From assembly GCA_965215015.1 (NCBI GenBank), contig OZ244042.1:2432001-2496000 (forward strand): 64,000 nt of DNA, written 5' to 3'. This document shows, piece by piece, positions 50,053 to 61,527 of the stretch. Origin of the DNA: Candidatus Poribacteria bacterium (lineage in GTDB: Bacteria; Poribacteria; WGA-4E; PCPOR2b). The notes below the pieces were generated by a model, which saw nothing but the letters and a program-made list of their open reading frames with translations, searched no databases and was not told where the DNA came from. How positions within the stretch are numbered: the first letter of the stretch is position 1; each line of letters opens with the position of its first letter. The position numbers were made by a program, and so were the translations under genes.

Positions 50053-50904
50053 TCACGCATCATGCTGCACAAACTTCTGTATCCGCTGCCCTGCTAACAC
50101 TTCACCCACATAGAGGGCGTCTTGTGAATCCTTCCAGACGGTGTGAGGAGCGACAAATTCCCCAGGGGCGCGACTTGATTCACCGCCCATCCGCCCCAGA
50201 ACTTCTCCATCGAGGTTTAGAATGCTGACCCGGTGTTGTAGTTCAGCAACATAGAGACGCCCATCCCCATCAAGGAAGAAATCGGTTGGTTGGCGGAATC
50301 CTGTCCACTGATCGATAAAAGTGCCTTGAGGGTCAAAAATCTGAATACGATGATTTTCCCGATCTGCGACATAGACACGATCGTTGCCATCCACCCAGAC
50401 ACTGTGAGGCAGATTAAATTCACCGGCACCGGTGCCGGGCGTGCCCCATGATAACAGGTGTTCTCCCTCGGCAGAGAATTTGTGCATCCGTGTGTTTCCG
50501 TAGCCATCGGAAACATAAATTTCGCCAGATGATGACAGCGCGACATCCGTCGGGTGATTAAACGGTTCACCATTTGTAGAAGGGTGGTCAAGTGTTCCTA
50601 TTGTCATCAGGAGCTCACCCGCCGGCGTATATTTCAATGCTGCATGCAACCACCGGTCAACGAGATAAATCATATCTGTCGTGTCAATGAAAATCCCGTG
50701 CGCGTGCTTTAAGAATCCTTCTCCCCAGGTGTTGAGCAAATTACCATCGCTGTCAAAAACAATCATGGGGTGATCCCCACGATTGTAAACGTAAATTCGA
50801 TCCTGAGAATCAACAGCAACTCCAGCCACCTGTTTGAATTCCCACCCTTCTGGAAGTTGTCCCCAGCCCTCTACAATTTGATATGTAAGGTTATGAGATG
50901 CCAT
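50053..50904 (-). CDS. NHL-repeat / peptidyl-alpha-hydroxyglycine lyase-like beta-propeller
   Basis: FNHPTDVA, YVSDGYGN, FNLPHS, VADRENHRIQ. Confidence 0.85.
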   Translation of the reverse strand: MASHNLTYQIVEGWGQLPEGWEFKQVAGVAVDSQDRIYVYNRGDHPMIVFDSDGNLLNTWGEGFLKHAHGIFIDTTDMIYLVDRWLHAALKYTPAGELLMTIGTLDHPSTNGEPFNHPTDVALSSSGEIYVSDGYGNTRMHKFSAEGEHLLSWGTPGTGAGEFNLPHSVWVDGNDRVYVADRENHRIQIFDPQGTFIDQWTGFRQPTDFFLDGDGRLYVAELQHRVSILNLDGEVLGRMGGESSRAPGEFVAPHTVWKDSQDALYVGEVLAGQRIQKFVQHDA

Positions 50905-51627
50905 GTGATAAATTCTCCTGTTCTGGCCTAACTATTTGTCCATAAGAATCCGCTATAACTCTGCCTAGTTCAAACGTGATAATTTTGTTGGAAGCGTGTG
51001 AGTCACATCGTGCTTAATGAACTAACTCATATTTTTAGTAGGGATTTCTGAGGCAAGCTCCCTGATTCTCGGGAGAAATTGTCTTGAGTTTTCATCTGCG
51101 CTAGCTCCAAACGAGCAAGGTTCTAGCCATTGCCTTCCATTGGTAGAGGACTCGGGCGGCGCGTTCAAGGTAATGCTCGCGAAGGACAACAACATCACCA
51201 ACCTCCGCCTGCAATGGTTTTGAACGCTTGTCGAACCCATTCAAGTTGAGCAGCACCTTCACCGGCGATGAATCGCCGAGGATACCATGACTATAACGCA
51301 AGAGTCAGGGCTCAACCCACCATGACCATTGCACGCCCTTTTCTGGTGTTGGCTTCGAGGGTTCAACTGCGTAAGTCCTAAAAAATAGTTAGGAACTCTA
51401 ATTTGCTCCCATCATCACTTTATAGTGTCGCAGAAGTTTGCCCATTTGTCAATAGAATACTTTCTAATGACAAGATTGAGTAAATCTGATATAATGAGTA
51501 CTAGGGCGTGTTGATATTTTGCTGTCGCCAATTCTGCAAACGCTGTAAGTCCAAGTTGTCAAATGTCAACAGAACCTAAACATTTTCCAGTCTCAAACCC
51601 AACATTACAAATGAGGAAATTAAGGAA

Positions 51628-52764
51628 ATGGGGTACTGCCTGAGTGAGCGGGAGAAAGGGAGGAATGGAGCAGTAAGTGAGAGTAGCAGCTTGCTGGTTT
51701 TTATGTTTTTCAGAATACCCATTATACAAAGACATCATAACCCAAAGCAAATTAAAGGTTATGCTACGCCCAAGCGGGAATCGTATTTCATCGTTTTTTT
51801 GTGTCTTGTAAGCTTAATGAGCGTCTGTAGTGCTGATGAAAACGACGCCTGGGACAAACCCTTAGAATCGCTCACACTGACGGGACACAGTGCTGCAGTA
51901 CTTTGTGTTGTTTTCTCGCCCGATGGTGGGACGTTAGCGAGTGGAAGCAGCGATAAGACCGTCAGACTGTGGGACGTAAAGACTTGGAAGTTGAGACAAA
52001 CGCTAACGGGACACAGCGAGATGGTGACGACAATCACCTTCTCGCCGGACGGAAAGACGCTGGCGAGCGGAAGCTGGGACAAAACTATAAGGCTATGGGA
52101 CCTACAGACCGGAACACCGAAGGTCGTGCTAAGTGGACACAGTGGTCGAGTGTATACGTTAGCTTTTTCATGGAATGGAATAACACTCGCGAGTGGAGCG
52201 TCTGACGAGACGGTGAGGCTATGGGACGTACAGACCGGTGCGTTGAGACAGACGCTAACGGGAAGCGAGGGGCCAGTGTTTGCGGTAGCCTTCTCACCCG
52301 ACAACACAACACTGGCGAGCGGAGGCGAACTTGACAACACCGTGGTCAGACTGTGGGATATACAGACCGGGCAGCTGACGAGAACGCTGGAATGGCGTAG
52401 GGTTGATGCTGTGAAGACAATAGCGTTTTCTCCCGATGGGTTGACCTTAGCGAATGGGAGCAGTCGTCCAGAAGAAAATACGATAAGACTTTGGAACCTG
52501 CAAACATGGGAGTTGATTCGAGCACTGACAGGACACCGACAGGAAGTTACTTCCGTAGTTTTCTCCCCGGACAACAAGACACTGGCGAGTGGAAGTTGGG
52601 ACCGGGAAGTGAAGTTGTGGGACGTGCAAACAGGAAGATTTAAACGGACGCTGAGTGGGCATAGTAATGCGGTGTTTTCTGTTGCCTTCTCGCCCGATGG
52701 CAAAACGTTGGCGAGTGGAAGTGGTGACAAGACTGTGAGACTGTGGAATATGGCCGGGCAGTAA
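51628..52764 (+). CDS. WD40 repeat protein (true start uncertain)
   Basis: Seven repeats of LTGHS..V..VAFSPDG.TLASGS.DKTVRLWD. Confidence 0.88.
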   Translation: MGYCLSEREKGRNGAVSESSSLLVFMFFRIPIIQRHHNPKQIKGYATPKRESYFIVFLCLVSLMSVCSADENDAWDKPLESLTLTGHSAAVLCVVFSPDGGTLASGSSDKTVRLWDVKTWKLRQTLTGHSEMVTTITFSPDGKTLASGSWDKTIRLWDLQTGTPKVVLSGHSGRVYTLAFSWNGITLASGASDETVRLWDVQTGALRQTLTGSEGPVFAVAFSPDNTTLASGGELDNTVVRLWDIQTGQLTRTLEWRRVDAVKTIAFSPDGLTLANGSSRPEENTIRLWNLQTWELIRALTGHRQEVTSVVFSPDNKTLASGSWDREVKLWDVQTGRFKRTLSGHSNAVFSVAFSPDGKTLASGSGDKTVRLWNMAGQ

Positions 52765-52791
52765 GTAGGTAAATACAGAGGGACACAACTA

Positions 52792-54231
52792 ATGCTAAAG
52801 AAGAAACACTTTCGTTATCGAGACATTGATGAGTTACGGACTGAGATTGCCGAACTCGGACTGAGTCTCCGCCTCGAAGAAAAGATTGAAAAACTCCTTG
52901 AGCCTGTCCAAATTGGGCACAAAGTCGCCGGTAACGCATTCGGTATCCACCCGATGGAGGGATGTGATGGCACACTTGATGGCAAGCCGAGCGAACTCAC
53001 CATCCGCCGCTGGGAGCGCTTCGGACGAGGTGGCGCGAAGTTGATATGGGGCGAAGCGACAGCACTTCTTGATGAAGTGAAATCGAACAGTCGTCAACTG
53101 GTAATCAATGACGAAACAGCGAGTTCGATGGAGTCAATACTCAATTTAACGCGCAATGCCCACCGAGAGGAGTTCGGCCCCAATGAGGAGATCATCATTG
53201 GGATGCAGCTGACCCATTCGGGGCGGTATAGCTATCAGAAACCGCTAATCACTTTTCGCCACCCTGTTGTTGACAAAGTAACACTCATCGATAAGAAAAA
53301 CAAGATTCCTATCCCTGATGACTACCCTGTTCTGACCGATGATTATCTGGAGCGTCAGGAGGATATCTTTGTGGATGCTGCTAAGTTGGCATGGAAAATC
53401 GGATTCGACTTCGTTGACCTCAAGCAGTGCCACACCTACCTGCTTTCCGAGCTTTTGGCAGCGAAGACGCGGGAAGGAAAATACGGCGGCAGCTTTGAGA
53501 ATCGCACCCGGTTTATCCGCAACATCATGGGCAAAATTCGGGCGGCTGTCGGAGATAAACTTATCCTTGCTACCCGACTCAACGTCTACGATGGTGTGGC
53601 TTACATGGAAGATCCAGAAACAACGATAGGTATTCCACGGAACATCCCCACGCCTTATCTTTATGGCTTCGGTGTTGATGAAAATAATCCACCACAACCA
53701 GATATGACTGAACCGATTAAATTGGTTGGAATCCTCAAGGAACTTGGGGTCAAGCTAGTTAACGTTACGACGGGCAGTCCATATTTCAACCCACACATCG
53801 GTCGCCCGTTTGAACGTCCACCAATCGACGGTTACGAAACCCCCGAACACCCACTAATCGGTGTCGATCGACATATCCGACTGACGGGAGAAATTCAGCG
53901 TGCCTATCCAGACTTACCAGTTGTAGGCACAGGCTACAGTTGGTTGCAGCAATATCTAGTCAACGCCGCCGAGGCAAATGTTCGGGATGGTCGTGTAAGT
54001 TTCGTTGCGGTGGGACGTGGGGCGTTGGCATATCCCGACTATGCAAGGGATACGATTGAGAGTGGAGAGATGATTAAGAAAAAGGTCTGCGTCGCGGTCA
54101 GTTATTGCACAGCGTTGATGCGTGCGAAGGCGAATCCGCTTGGACAATTTGCTACCGGTTGTGTTCCCCGCGATAAAATTTACGCCCCGATTTACAAAGA
54201 AGCAGAAAGGACGTTGACAAAACGCAGCTGA
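52792..54231 (+). CDS. NADH:flavin oxidoreductase (old yellow enzyme family)
   Basis: PMEGCDG, QLTHSGR, KQCHTYLL, YGGSFENRTR, VGRGA. Confidence 0.85.
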   Translation: MLKKKHFRYRDIDELRTEIAELGLSLRLEEKIEKLLEPVQIGHKVAGNAFGIHPMEGCDGTLDGKPSELTIRRWERFGRGGAKLIWGEATALLDEVKSNSRQLVINDETASSMESILNLTRNAHREEFGPNEEIIIGMQLTHSGRYSYQKPLITFRHPVVDKVTLIDKKNKIPIPDDYPVLTDDYLERQEDIFVDAAKLAWKIGFDFVDLKQCHTYLLSELLAAKTREGKYGGSFENRTRFIRNIMGKIRAAVGDKLILATRLNVYDGVAYMEDPETTIGIPRNIPTPYLYGFGVDENNPPQPDMTEPIKLVGILKELGVKLVNVTTGSPYFNPHIGRPFERPPIDGYETPEHPLIGVDRHIRLTGEIQRAYPDLPVVGTGYSWLQQYLVNAAEANVRDGRVSFVAVGRGALAYPDYARDTIESGEMIKKKVCVAVSYCTALMRAKANPLGQFATGCVPRDKIYAPIYKEAERTLTKRS

Positions 54232-54299
54232 CCTTGGGTGATTTATCCGTGCATTGGCACGGAAAACCCTCTTTATTTTTTTTAATGGAAACGCTTCAT

Positions 54300-55073
54300 T
54301 ACCATCAATTGGCAAAGATTGATGGTCAGAATCAAAAGGTGGAACGCTTAATGCTTTATCAATATCTATGACTTCATTCATTATAGTTTGGCTGCGAGTG
54401 TCTTGTGTCAGATGTTTAAGCTCGCTCAGCCGACGCTCTAAGCCTCGCATCCGTTCTGGTTTTTTAGGGTTGTCCTTACAATGCGACCCATCTGAAGCAC
54501 GGTCATATTAAGATCTTACCACGCCTTACGGATGATATGATCATCAGGATCTTCTACGACAGTATACGTAGTTGCAAATGATGAGGTACCACTCTTGATT
54601 AAATGCCCATCATGTTCAAAAGGATTTTTCACAGGCATTAACTTAAAAAAAACATAATCGCCCTCTTTAAGAACACAAAAACCTGATACTTTCACCCAAC
54701 CTGCTGCATCACGCCGTGGTCCACCAACCTGAACAAAAGTTACGGTTCATTGAGGGGGCGTTTGTCTTTCTCCTTTTGCCTGTTGTTCTGGAGGGTTTGT
54801 TCTTTTATTGGCAAGATGCTCAATCTGCTTCTTGATATTCTCATCAACACGGACTGTTACAAGACTACTAGGGAGATATGACTCACGCTGAAAAACAGAA
54901 GAGACATAAATTACTTCGCCAATGATGATATGTCTTGCGTCAAGCGTTCTTTTCGTATCAAGTGTAGTGAAGTCAAATTCATCCGCAAGATATAACAAGG
55001 CATAACAGTCAAGTAGACATACTAGTGATAAGGTGATTATCAGGATTAGCGTTACAAAAGGTTTGGCGTTCAT
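54300..55073 (-). pseudogene. Pseudogene of a secreted hypothetical protein
   Basis: Signal peptide ORF 54747..55073 continues in frame past a TGA (TVTFVQVGG...) and a TAA. A probable frameshift in an A-run near 54460 then joins it to MRGLERRL. 3' end approximate. Confidence 0.55.
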
Positions 55074-55536
55074 GGTGAATCCTTTGTTAATGTAACTTGA
55101 CTATCATTGATGGCAGTCAGAAAATTAACTGTCATAATCTTAGCATGTGAAACTGAGGGGATAAACCCTCACTCAGTATCATAGCAAATGCAATACCCTC
55201 GTAGTTCGGTGATGAGTCACTGGACCATACGACTCACAACGCCCGATGAATCGGGCAACTACGGCTTATCCGACAGTAGTATGTACGCTCCGCGTGCTGT
55301 CCCCCCCCTCTACTCCCCCCACAAGGGGGGGGACGGCATACGGCGTATGCCTACTACCTTAAAGAGGCGGGTTGAATTGCGCGACTGCAAATTCAAGTGT
55401 GTAACTTCTATTTTATAAAAAAAATACATGGGATTATGAGTGTCTGACTCCAGAGGTTAAACACAACACCTTCATAAATCATGTCCTTACAGCGGATATC
55501 TACTATATGCGTATTTTTTTAGAGAGAACGAGATAA

Positions 55537-56646
55537 ATGACCGCACAAGAATTGCCCCTTAAAGCCGCTATGGTTGGTCTCCACATCCACGCCGGCAGCC
55601 TACACCCCGATAAAAGCCACGGTCTGCTCAAGTCATTCAAAGGGCAGGAAGGCGTTGAGATCGTAGCGTACTGTGAATCCTCGCCGGACCAAGCGGAAGC
55701 ATTAGATGAAATTCGCCACGCTGATCCAGATGCCCGCATCTACACCGACCTCAACGGCTTGATGGCGAATGAGGATTTCGACTTTGCCGTTATTATGTTA
55801 CCTCCCAATGAGGCGACGCCCGCGGCACTGCGTCTGGCGGAGTTAGGCAAACATCTCTTCATCGAGAAACAGGCTGCACGCACCGCCGCGGATATGCGAC
55901 CACTCTGCGATGTCGTTGCCAACAAAGAGCTGGTGACACAGGTGGGCTATCCTTGGCCCCATCACCCCGTACCGATTGAGATGAAGCGTCTCATTGACGC
56001 CGGTGCCCTTGGACGGTTGGTGGACATGGAGGCACGCCTTGTCACGATTCAGGTGAAGCCGGGGCTCCGTGAACCAGATTTCTGGATGTATCGAAGCGAG
56101 AGTGAAGGCGGCGGCATCCTCCACATGGAAGGCGGGCACTGGCTGACTCTGTTCCGCTTCTTCAGCGGTGCAGAGGCGAAATCGGTGACAGCACTCTGTG
56201 GACGGGGTGTAGGTTATATTGAGGAAGGCTTGGAGGACGTGGCGACGGTTGCGTTGGAGTTTGACAACGGTGTCCATGCCTGCTTGCACATGGGGTATCT
56301 GCTATCCGGCGCAGGACCGCGGAATGACACCTATTTTGGACTCCGGGGAACACTCGGTGCTGCTACTTGGCAGCCCACCGGCGAGGGTAACTTCACGGTT
56401 ACCAGCATTGCGCCGGGCTGGGAGGCTGCGCCGGAACGGCAATTCAGGGTGAAAATCGCGCACCGTCCGGTCTATGCAGACCAGTGGGGTTTCGAGTTCG
56501 TTACCGAATTTATCCGTGCGATTCGTCAAGGGGGCAAGACGACGGTCAGCATCCACGATGCCTATCAGGTGATGCAGGTTATTGATGGTAGCTACGAATC
56601 TTCCCGGACCGGACGGCGGATTGAGTTGAGCTCATCTCCTGGATAG
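55537..56646 (+). CDS. Gfo/Idh/MocA family oxidoreductase
   Basis: GKHLFIEK, GGGILHMEGGH, YESSRTGRRI. Confidence 0.85.
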   Translation: MTAQELPLKAAMVGLHIHAGSLHPDKSHGLLKSFKGQEGVEIVAYCESSPDQAEALDEIRHADPDARIYTDLNGLMANEDFDFAVIMLPPNEATPAALRLAELGKHLFIEKQAARTAADMRPLCDVVANKELVTQVGYPWPHHPVPIEMKRLIDAGALGRLVDMEARLVTIQVKPGLREPDFWMYRSESEGGGILHMEGGHWLTLFRFFSGAEAKSVTALCGRGVGYIEEGLEDVATVALEFDNGVHACLHMGYLLSGAGPRNDTYFGLRGTLGAATWQPTGEGNFTVTSIAPGWEAAPERQFRVKIAHRPVYADQWGFEFVTEFIRAIRQGGKTTVSIHDAYQVMQVIDGSYESSRTGRRIELSSSPG

Positions 56647-56728
56647 CCGAAACCACGCTCCAATTGGACGCCTTGGCTCGTGAGTCGGGGTGTTGCTATT
56701 CTAAGATTATTAAATAGGAGGATACGCG

Positions 56729-58144
56729 GTGGCAACTATGATTCCTTTTTTTCAACAGGTCAACTTAAACTTTGATAAAGCGGCGCGGTTTACCAAACAT
56801 TCCGATGGTCTACTACAGCAGATTAAAATTTGCAATAGCGTTTATCACATGACGTTCCCGATTAAAAAGGACGATGGAACAATCGAGACAATTCACGCCT
56901 GGCGAGCTGAGCATAGTCACCACAAACTCCCAACAAAAGGGGGAATCCGTTACAGTACGTTGGTAAATGAGGATGAAGTGATGGCACTTGCGGCATTGAT
57001 GACGTACAAATGCGCCATCGTTGATGTACCCTTCGGCGGAGCAAAAGGCGGGGTGCAGATCGACCGCAAACGATATTCTCTGAGTGAGTTGGAACGCATC
57101 ACACGGCGTTATACCTACGAATTGATACAGAAGAACTTCATCGGACCGGGAATAGATGTTCCTGCACCGGATTTCGGTACGGGGGAACGCGAAATGGCAT
57201 GGATTATGGACACGTATATGACAATGACGCCTGAAAAACTGGATGTGGCCGCGTGCGTTACTGGAAAACCGATTGCCGAGGAAGGGGTGCATGGGAGAAA
57301 GGAAGCGACAGGTAGGGGGATTTACTTCGGACTTCGAGAGGTGTGTAGCTCTACTGAGGATATGAAAGTACTAGGGCTTCAGCCAGGTTTGGTGGGAAAG
57401 GCGGTTGCCGTGCAAGGGTTCGGCAACGTTGGCTATCACGCGACGAAATTTTTGCAGGAAGACGGTGCCGTTATCGTTGGGATAGCGGAATATAATGGGG
57501 CCATCCACAATCCCAAGGGGTTAGATGTTGGGAAAGTTGTCTCATATCGTAGCGAAACGGGTTCAATCCTCAACTTTCCCGGCGCAACCACATACCAGAA
57601 TCCTACCGATGTTCTTGAATTGGAATGCGATATACTGATTCCAGCGGCACTTGAAAATCAGATTACCCGTGAGAACACCGCCCGGATTAAAGCCAAAATC
57701 ATTGCCGAAGCCGCGAACGGTCCCACCACTTTTGAAGCGAACGAATCCCTTAGAAAAAGAGGCGTGATGATTATTCCCGATACTTATCTGAATGCAGGGG
57801 GCGTAACAGTTTCTTATTTTGAATGGCTTAGAAACCTTTCACATGTGCGATTCGGACGGTTGGGAAAACGGTTTGAGGAGAGCATGCAGACAAGTATGCT
57901 GAAGGCAGTTGAGAAAATAACGGGGAAGGAACTTACCCAAGCGCAGATGCAACAGTTGGCACATGGGCCGGATGAAGCGGATTTAGTCAACTCCGGGCTT
58001 GAAGATACGATGATTGTTGCATATAATCAAATTCGAGAAACCCAAAAGCAGAACAGAGAAGAAGTTGACTTGAGAACAGCTTCCTTTATCAATGCGATTA
58101 ACAAAATCGCGACCTCCTATATGGAACTAGGTATCTTTCCATGA
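56729..58144 (+). CDS. gdhA: Glu/Leu/Phe/Val dehydrogenase (glutamate dehydrogenase)
   Basis: [46 protein letters not shown]. Confidence 0.92.
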   Translation: MATMIPFFQQVNLNFDKAARFTKHSDGLLQQIKICNSVYHMTFPIKKDDGTIETIHAWRAEHSHHKLPTKGGIRYSTLVNEDEVMALAALMTYKCAIVDVPFGGAKGGVQIDRKRYSLSELERITRRYTYELIQKNFIGPGIDVPAPDFGTGEREMAWIMDTYMTMTPEKLDVAACVTGKPIAEEGVHGRKEATGRGIYFGLREVCSSTEDMKVLGLQPGLVGKAVAVQGFGNVGYHATKFLQEDGAVIVGIAEYNGAIHNPKGLDVGKVVSYRSETGSILNFPGATTYQNPTDVLELECDILIPAALENQITRENTARIKAKIIAEAANGPTTFEANESLRKRGVMIIPDTYLNAGGVTVSYFEWLRNLSHVRFGRLGKRFEESMQTSMLKAVEKITGKELTQAQMQQLAHGPDEADLVNSGLEDTMIVAYNQIRETQKQNREEVDLRTASFINAINKIATSYMELGIFP

Positions 58145-58190
58145 ACCACCCGAATCTAAAGACTTGAGTTTCCACACCTGAAGGAGTTTT

Positions 58191-59318
58191 TTGATGCAAA
58201 TAACACATATCGGTTCAGTCTTATTGAAACGTACCGGTTGGGTGCTAATCAAGGTCAAGACCGATGAAGGCATCACCGGCATCGGGGAAGCCTACCACGG
58301 GGCAGGGGTTCATCAAATCGCCGTGGACGAACGGTTGACAAGGCCATTAATCGGTCAAGATCCACGGAACGTCGATAAATTATTCCGCGATATGATGGGT
58401 TCTATGTCCGCTTCGGGCTTTTATCAAGGGGCCGTGATGAGTGCTATCAGCGGGATAGAAAGTGCACTGTGGGACATCACCGGACAGGCGGCTGGCGTTC
58501 CGATTTGGCAGCTGCTGGGAGGCAAGTTTCGCGATAAGATACGGATTTATAACGATTGTCATGCCGGCGAAACAGAGACTCCTGAAGCATACGCAGCCAA
58601 AGCACGCGAAGTTGAATCACAGGGTTTTACCGCTATCAAATTTGACATTGACCCACTCCCGTCCCGTCGAGACCGATACAATCGTTGTATCAGCAACGAC
58701 GACATCGCCCACTATGTCGAGGTGGTAACGGCTGTCCGCGAAAGCCTAGATTCTAACACCGACCTCGCGATAGATGCCCACTGGTTTTACGCCCCGGTGG
58801 ACATTCTGAAAATCGCACACGCCTTTGAGGACCTAAATCTACTCTGGTTGGAAGATCCCATCCCACCCGAAAATATAGCAGCGATGGAAGGTGTAACAAA
58901 ATCCACGCGTACACCGATTTGTACCGGAGAGAATTTTTATACCCGATTTGGCTTCCGAGACCTGATCGAAACTCAGGCAGCAGACATTATTTCGCCAGAT
59001 ATGGCAAAGGCGGGAGGGCTGCTAGAGGGAAGGCGCATCGCAGACCTAGCGGATATGTACTACATCCCCATCGCCCCGCACAATATCGGTAGTCCCGTCC
59101 AAACTGTTGCAAACTGTCATGTGATGGCAGCTGTGCCCAACTTCCTCATCTTGGAATTCCATCACTTGGACGACCCTTTTTGGGAAGGGATTGTCAATGA
59201 GGGTCCCTTAATTCAAGAAGGTCATATTGATGTGCCAAATCTTCCCGGATTGGGGGTCACTTTGAATGAAGACCTACTTAAAAATAACTTCAGGGAAGAA
59301 TTGGGATTCTTTGATTGA
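58191..59318 (+). CDS. Mandelate racemase-family (galactonate dehydratase-like) enzyme
   Basis: TDEGITGIGE, ALWDITG, KFD, DAH, WLEDP, TGEN, APHN. Confidence 0.88.
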   Translation: MMQITHIGSVLLKRTGWVLIKVKTDEGITGIGEAYHGAGVHQIAVDERLTRPLIGQDPRNVDKLFRDMMGSMSASGFYQGAVMSAISGIESALWDITGQAAGVPIWQLLGGKFRDKIRIYNDCHAGETETPEAYAAKAREVESQGFTAIKFDIDPLPSRRDRYNRCISNDDIAHYVEVVTAVRESLDSNTDLAIDAHWFYAPVDILKIAHAFEDLNLLWLEDPIPPENIAAMEGVTKSTRTPICTGENFYTRFGFRDLIETQAADIISPDMAKAGGLLEGRRIADLADMYYIPIAPHNIGSPVQTVANCHVMAAVPNFLILEFHHLDDPFWEGIVNEGPLIQEGHIDVPNLPGLGVTLNEDLLKNNFREELGFFD

Positions 59319-59418
59319 ATCAGACGCAATGGCCAAATGGAAAGAGCCAAAAAAAGCCTAGAATGTTGAAATATTACCATATCTCCTACGGTCAACCCCA
59401 ATTTTCCAAATCTATGTA

Positions 59419-60381
59419 CTAATCCATACGTTCCACCCATTTGTTAGGTGCTGTATCGATTTCAGCCCGCACAGCGTCTGTCAACTGCCAACCAACTGCT
59501 CCCATATTATCCTCTACCTCGGAGGCGTGTCGCGCTCCAACAAGCGACACACTGACCGCAGGATTGGAAAATACCCAATTGAGTGCAAGCTGGGGAAGTT
59601 TCTTCCCAAGTCGCTCTGCGATCGGTTTGAGTTCGTTGACCGCTTGAACGTTGCGCTTAAAAACCTCTGGCATGAACAACTTCAGCGACATATCCCATCC
59701 TCCACTACGCCGCCAATCCCCTTCCTCAAACGTGGTTTCCTCAGTAAATGCGCCCGTCAGCAAACCGTAGGCGAGCGAGCCGTATGTCATGACACCAATC
59801 CCGTTCTCTTCGGCATAGGGGAAGATCCACTTTGCCATACGTCGATCAAAGAGATTACAGCTATACTGCAAAACCTCAACCGGACGCATTGACGTGCACG
59901 TCTTGATTTCATCGAGCGTAAAATTCGATAGCCCGACATAACGCACCTTACCCTGTTGGACAATTTCCTCTAGTGCCTGCATTGTTTCGTCAAAGGGAGT
60001 TGTGCGGTCTGGCCAGTGAACTAGATACACATCAACATAATCGGTGTTCAGTGCCTTCAGACTCCGGTCAATCGCAGCGTGTGCCATGGATCGCCGGCTA
60101 TCCCTCCCTTTCGGACGGTCCTCGTAACCTACGCCGAACTTGGTGACGACGATAACGTCTTTCCGCCGGCCTCCCAATGCTTTTGCCAACAACGCCTCAG
60201 ATCTGCCCTTTCCGTAGCCTTCGGCAGTGTCAAAGCAGTTGATTCCGAGGTCTAGAGCGCGATGAATTGCTCCAATGACCTCCGATTCCTCAATGGAACC
60301 GTAACCGCCCCCCATCTCCCAGCAACCAAATCCAATCGCTGAAACCTGCAGCCCTGTTTGACCAAATGGACGATATTCCAT
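59419..60381 (-). CDS. Aldo/keto reductase
   Basis: GFGCW, DTAEGYG, YLVHWPD, GKVRYVGLSN. Confidence 0.92.
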   Translation of the reverse strand: MEYRPFGQTGLQVSAIGFGCWEMGGGYGSIEESEVIGAIHRALDLGINCFDTAEGYGKGRSEALLAKALGGRRKDVIVVTKFGVGYEDRPKGRDSRRSMAHAAIDRSLKALNTDYVDVYLVHWPDRTTPFDETMQALEEIVQQGKVRYVGLSNFTLDEIKTCTSMRPVEVLQYSCNLFDRRMAKWIFPYAEENGIGVMTYGSLAYGLLTGAFTEETTFEEGDWRRSGGWDMSLKLFMPEVFKRNVQAVNELKPIAERLGKKLPQLALNWVFSNPAVSVSLVGARHASEVEDNMGAVGWQLTDAVRAEIDTAPNKWVERMD

Positions 60382-60450
60382 AGCTTGCCTCCAGTCTTTT
60401 CCTTATGGACATTGGAAGTGCATTATATGGTTTTTGCGTTCAACCTCAGA

Positions 60451-61299
60451 CTACTGAAGAATCCGTTGATCGCTGAGGTCTTTGCCGCCAACGCTCTTAG
60501 AGATAGTCGCACCACGATATTCCTTAATTTCCAACTCATGAAAGGCGTTGACAATGTGATATTGGGTTGGCAGGTCTTCCCACCTCGCTTTATGAAACTC
60601 CACTGTTCCCTCACCCCGCCACATCTCTTTGGTAACGCTATTGCTCCCCTCTGCCGGCGTGAGTACGGCATAGCCGACATCACCTTGACCCCATTCCCCA
60701 GTTCGGGGCATATATTTATAGTGCAAGGTCCCCCGCAGCACACCATCATCTGGGGGTGCTGCTGCCGGTGCAGGGTTTGTATCCAATTCTATCTGCGTCA
60801 TGTTAGTTAGTTTCATATCCAAGAACTTGAAGCCGAGCCAACTGGCGATGCAGTGTGTGTCTCCGCGAAGCACGACTGGCTCTGGCAGTTCGCAATAGAT
60901 TTTGGAGAAGCCTAGCTGCTCACGCCCCGTGAGGATCGGATCGCACAGATTTTCCCAAAGCACTGTCAGCAGCCCGCCTTCAGCGCGGTCTCGCTCCCCG
61001 CTGAAGATAGCAGGAAAGCTGACGCCGAGGACATTGTATCCACGACCCGCCAACCACTCAATCTCCGTCATATAGGACGCAGATACACTGACCACCGGCT
61101 CCGCACCGACCTCAAAGCGTTCGGGCAAAAATTCCTCCAGCTGCTCACGATTCGTCAAAAAACTGACCGATATGGATGTCGACTTCGGGCTATCCTTGCA
61201 CTCGAATTTACGTCCACAGGGGCCCTGCCTCGGCCCCATGCTTGGACCAAAGTGTGTTGGCATCATATACATCTTGTCAGGTCGAAGTTTGTAAGGCAT
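60451..61299 (-). CDS. Acetoacetate decarboxylase-family protein
   Basis: MPTHFGP, GREQLGFSK (Schiff-base Lys motif). Confidence 0.75.
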   Translation of the reverse strand: MPYKLRPDKMYMMPTHFGPSMGPRQGPCGRKFECKDSPKSTSISVSFLTNREQLEEFLPERFEVGAEPVVSVSASYMTEIEWLAGRGYNVLGVSFPAIFSGERDRAEGGLLTVLWENLCDPILTGREQLGFSKIYCELPEPVVLRGDTHCIASWLGFKFLDMKLTNMTQIELDTNPAPAAAPPDDGVLRGTLHYKYMPRTGEWGQGDVGYAVLTPAEGSNSVTKEMWRGEGTVEFHKARWEDLPTQYHIVNAFHELEIKEYRGATISKSVGGKDLSDQRILQ

Positions 61300-61527
61300 G
61301 TTATCCTCCTGTTGATTTGAACTCTAGCGGTTATATACTTGAACAAAAGTCAGGCATATTTTGTAAGACATAGTAGATTCAGATGCTAAACGCCTACTAT
61401 TTAAAATACCGTACCACCTTGATATAAATTGGAATCTTCACTGACGATGTTTAATCTTCCCCCATATCGTTGCGAGCTTACTGCTTCATTCGTAGGAATA
61501 CGACTCACACGAGGGGCAGGTGCTTGT

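Noticed and set aside
51022-51301. Short overlapping minus-strand ORFs
   Set aside because: No RBS or recognisable motif, and they overlap a repeat element.
51759-52730. 323-aa antisense ORF
   Set aside because: Shadow of the WD40 repeats on the plus strand.
51860-52750. Periodic DNA repeats as a CRISPR array
   Set aside because: They are in-frame, codon-degenerate WD40 repeats. No cas genes or repeat-spacer array were seen in the window.
54747-54749. In-frame TGA as selenocysteine
   Set aside because: No redox motif, and an additional TAA and frameshift indicate a pseudogene.
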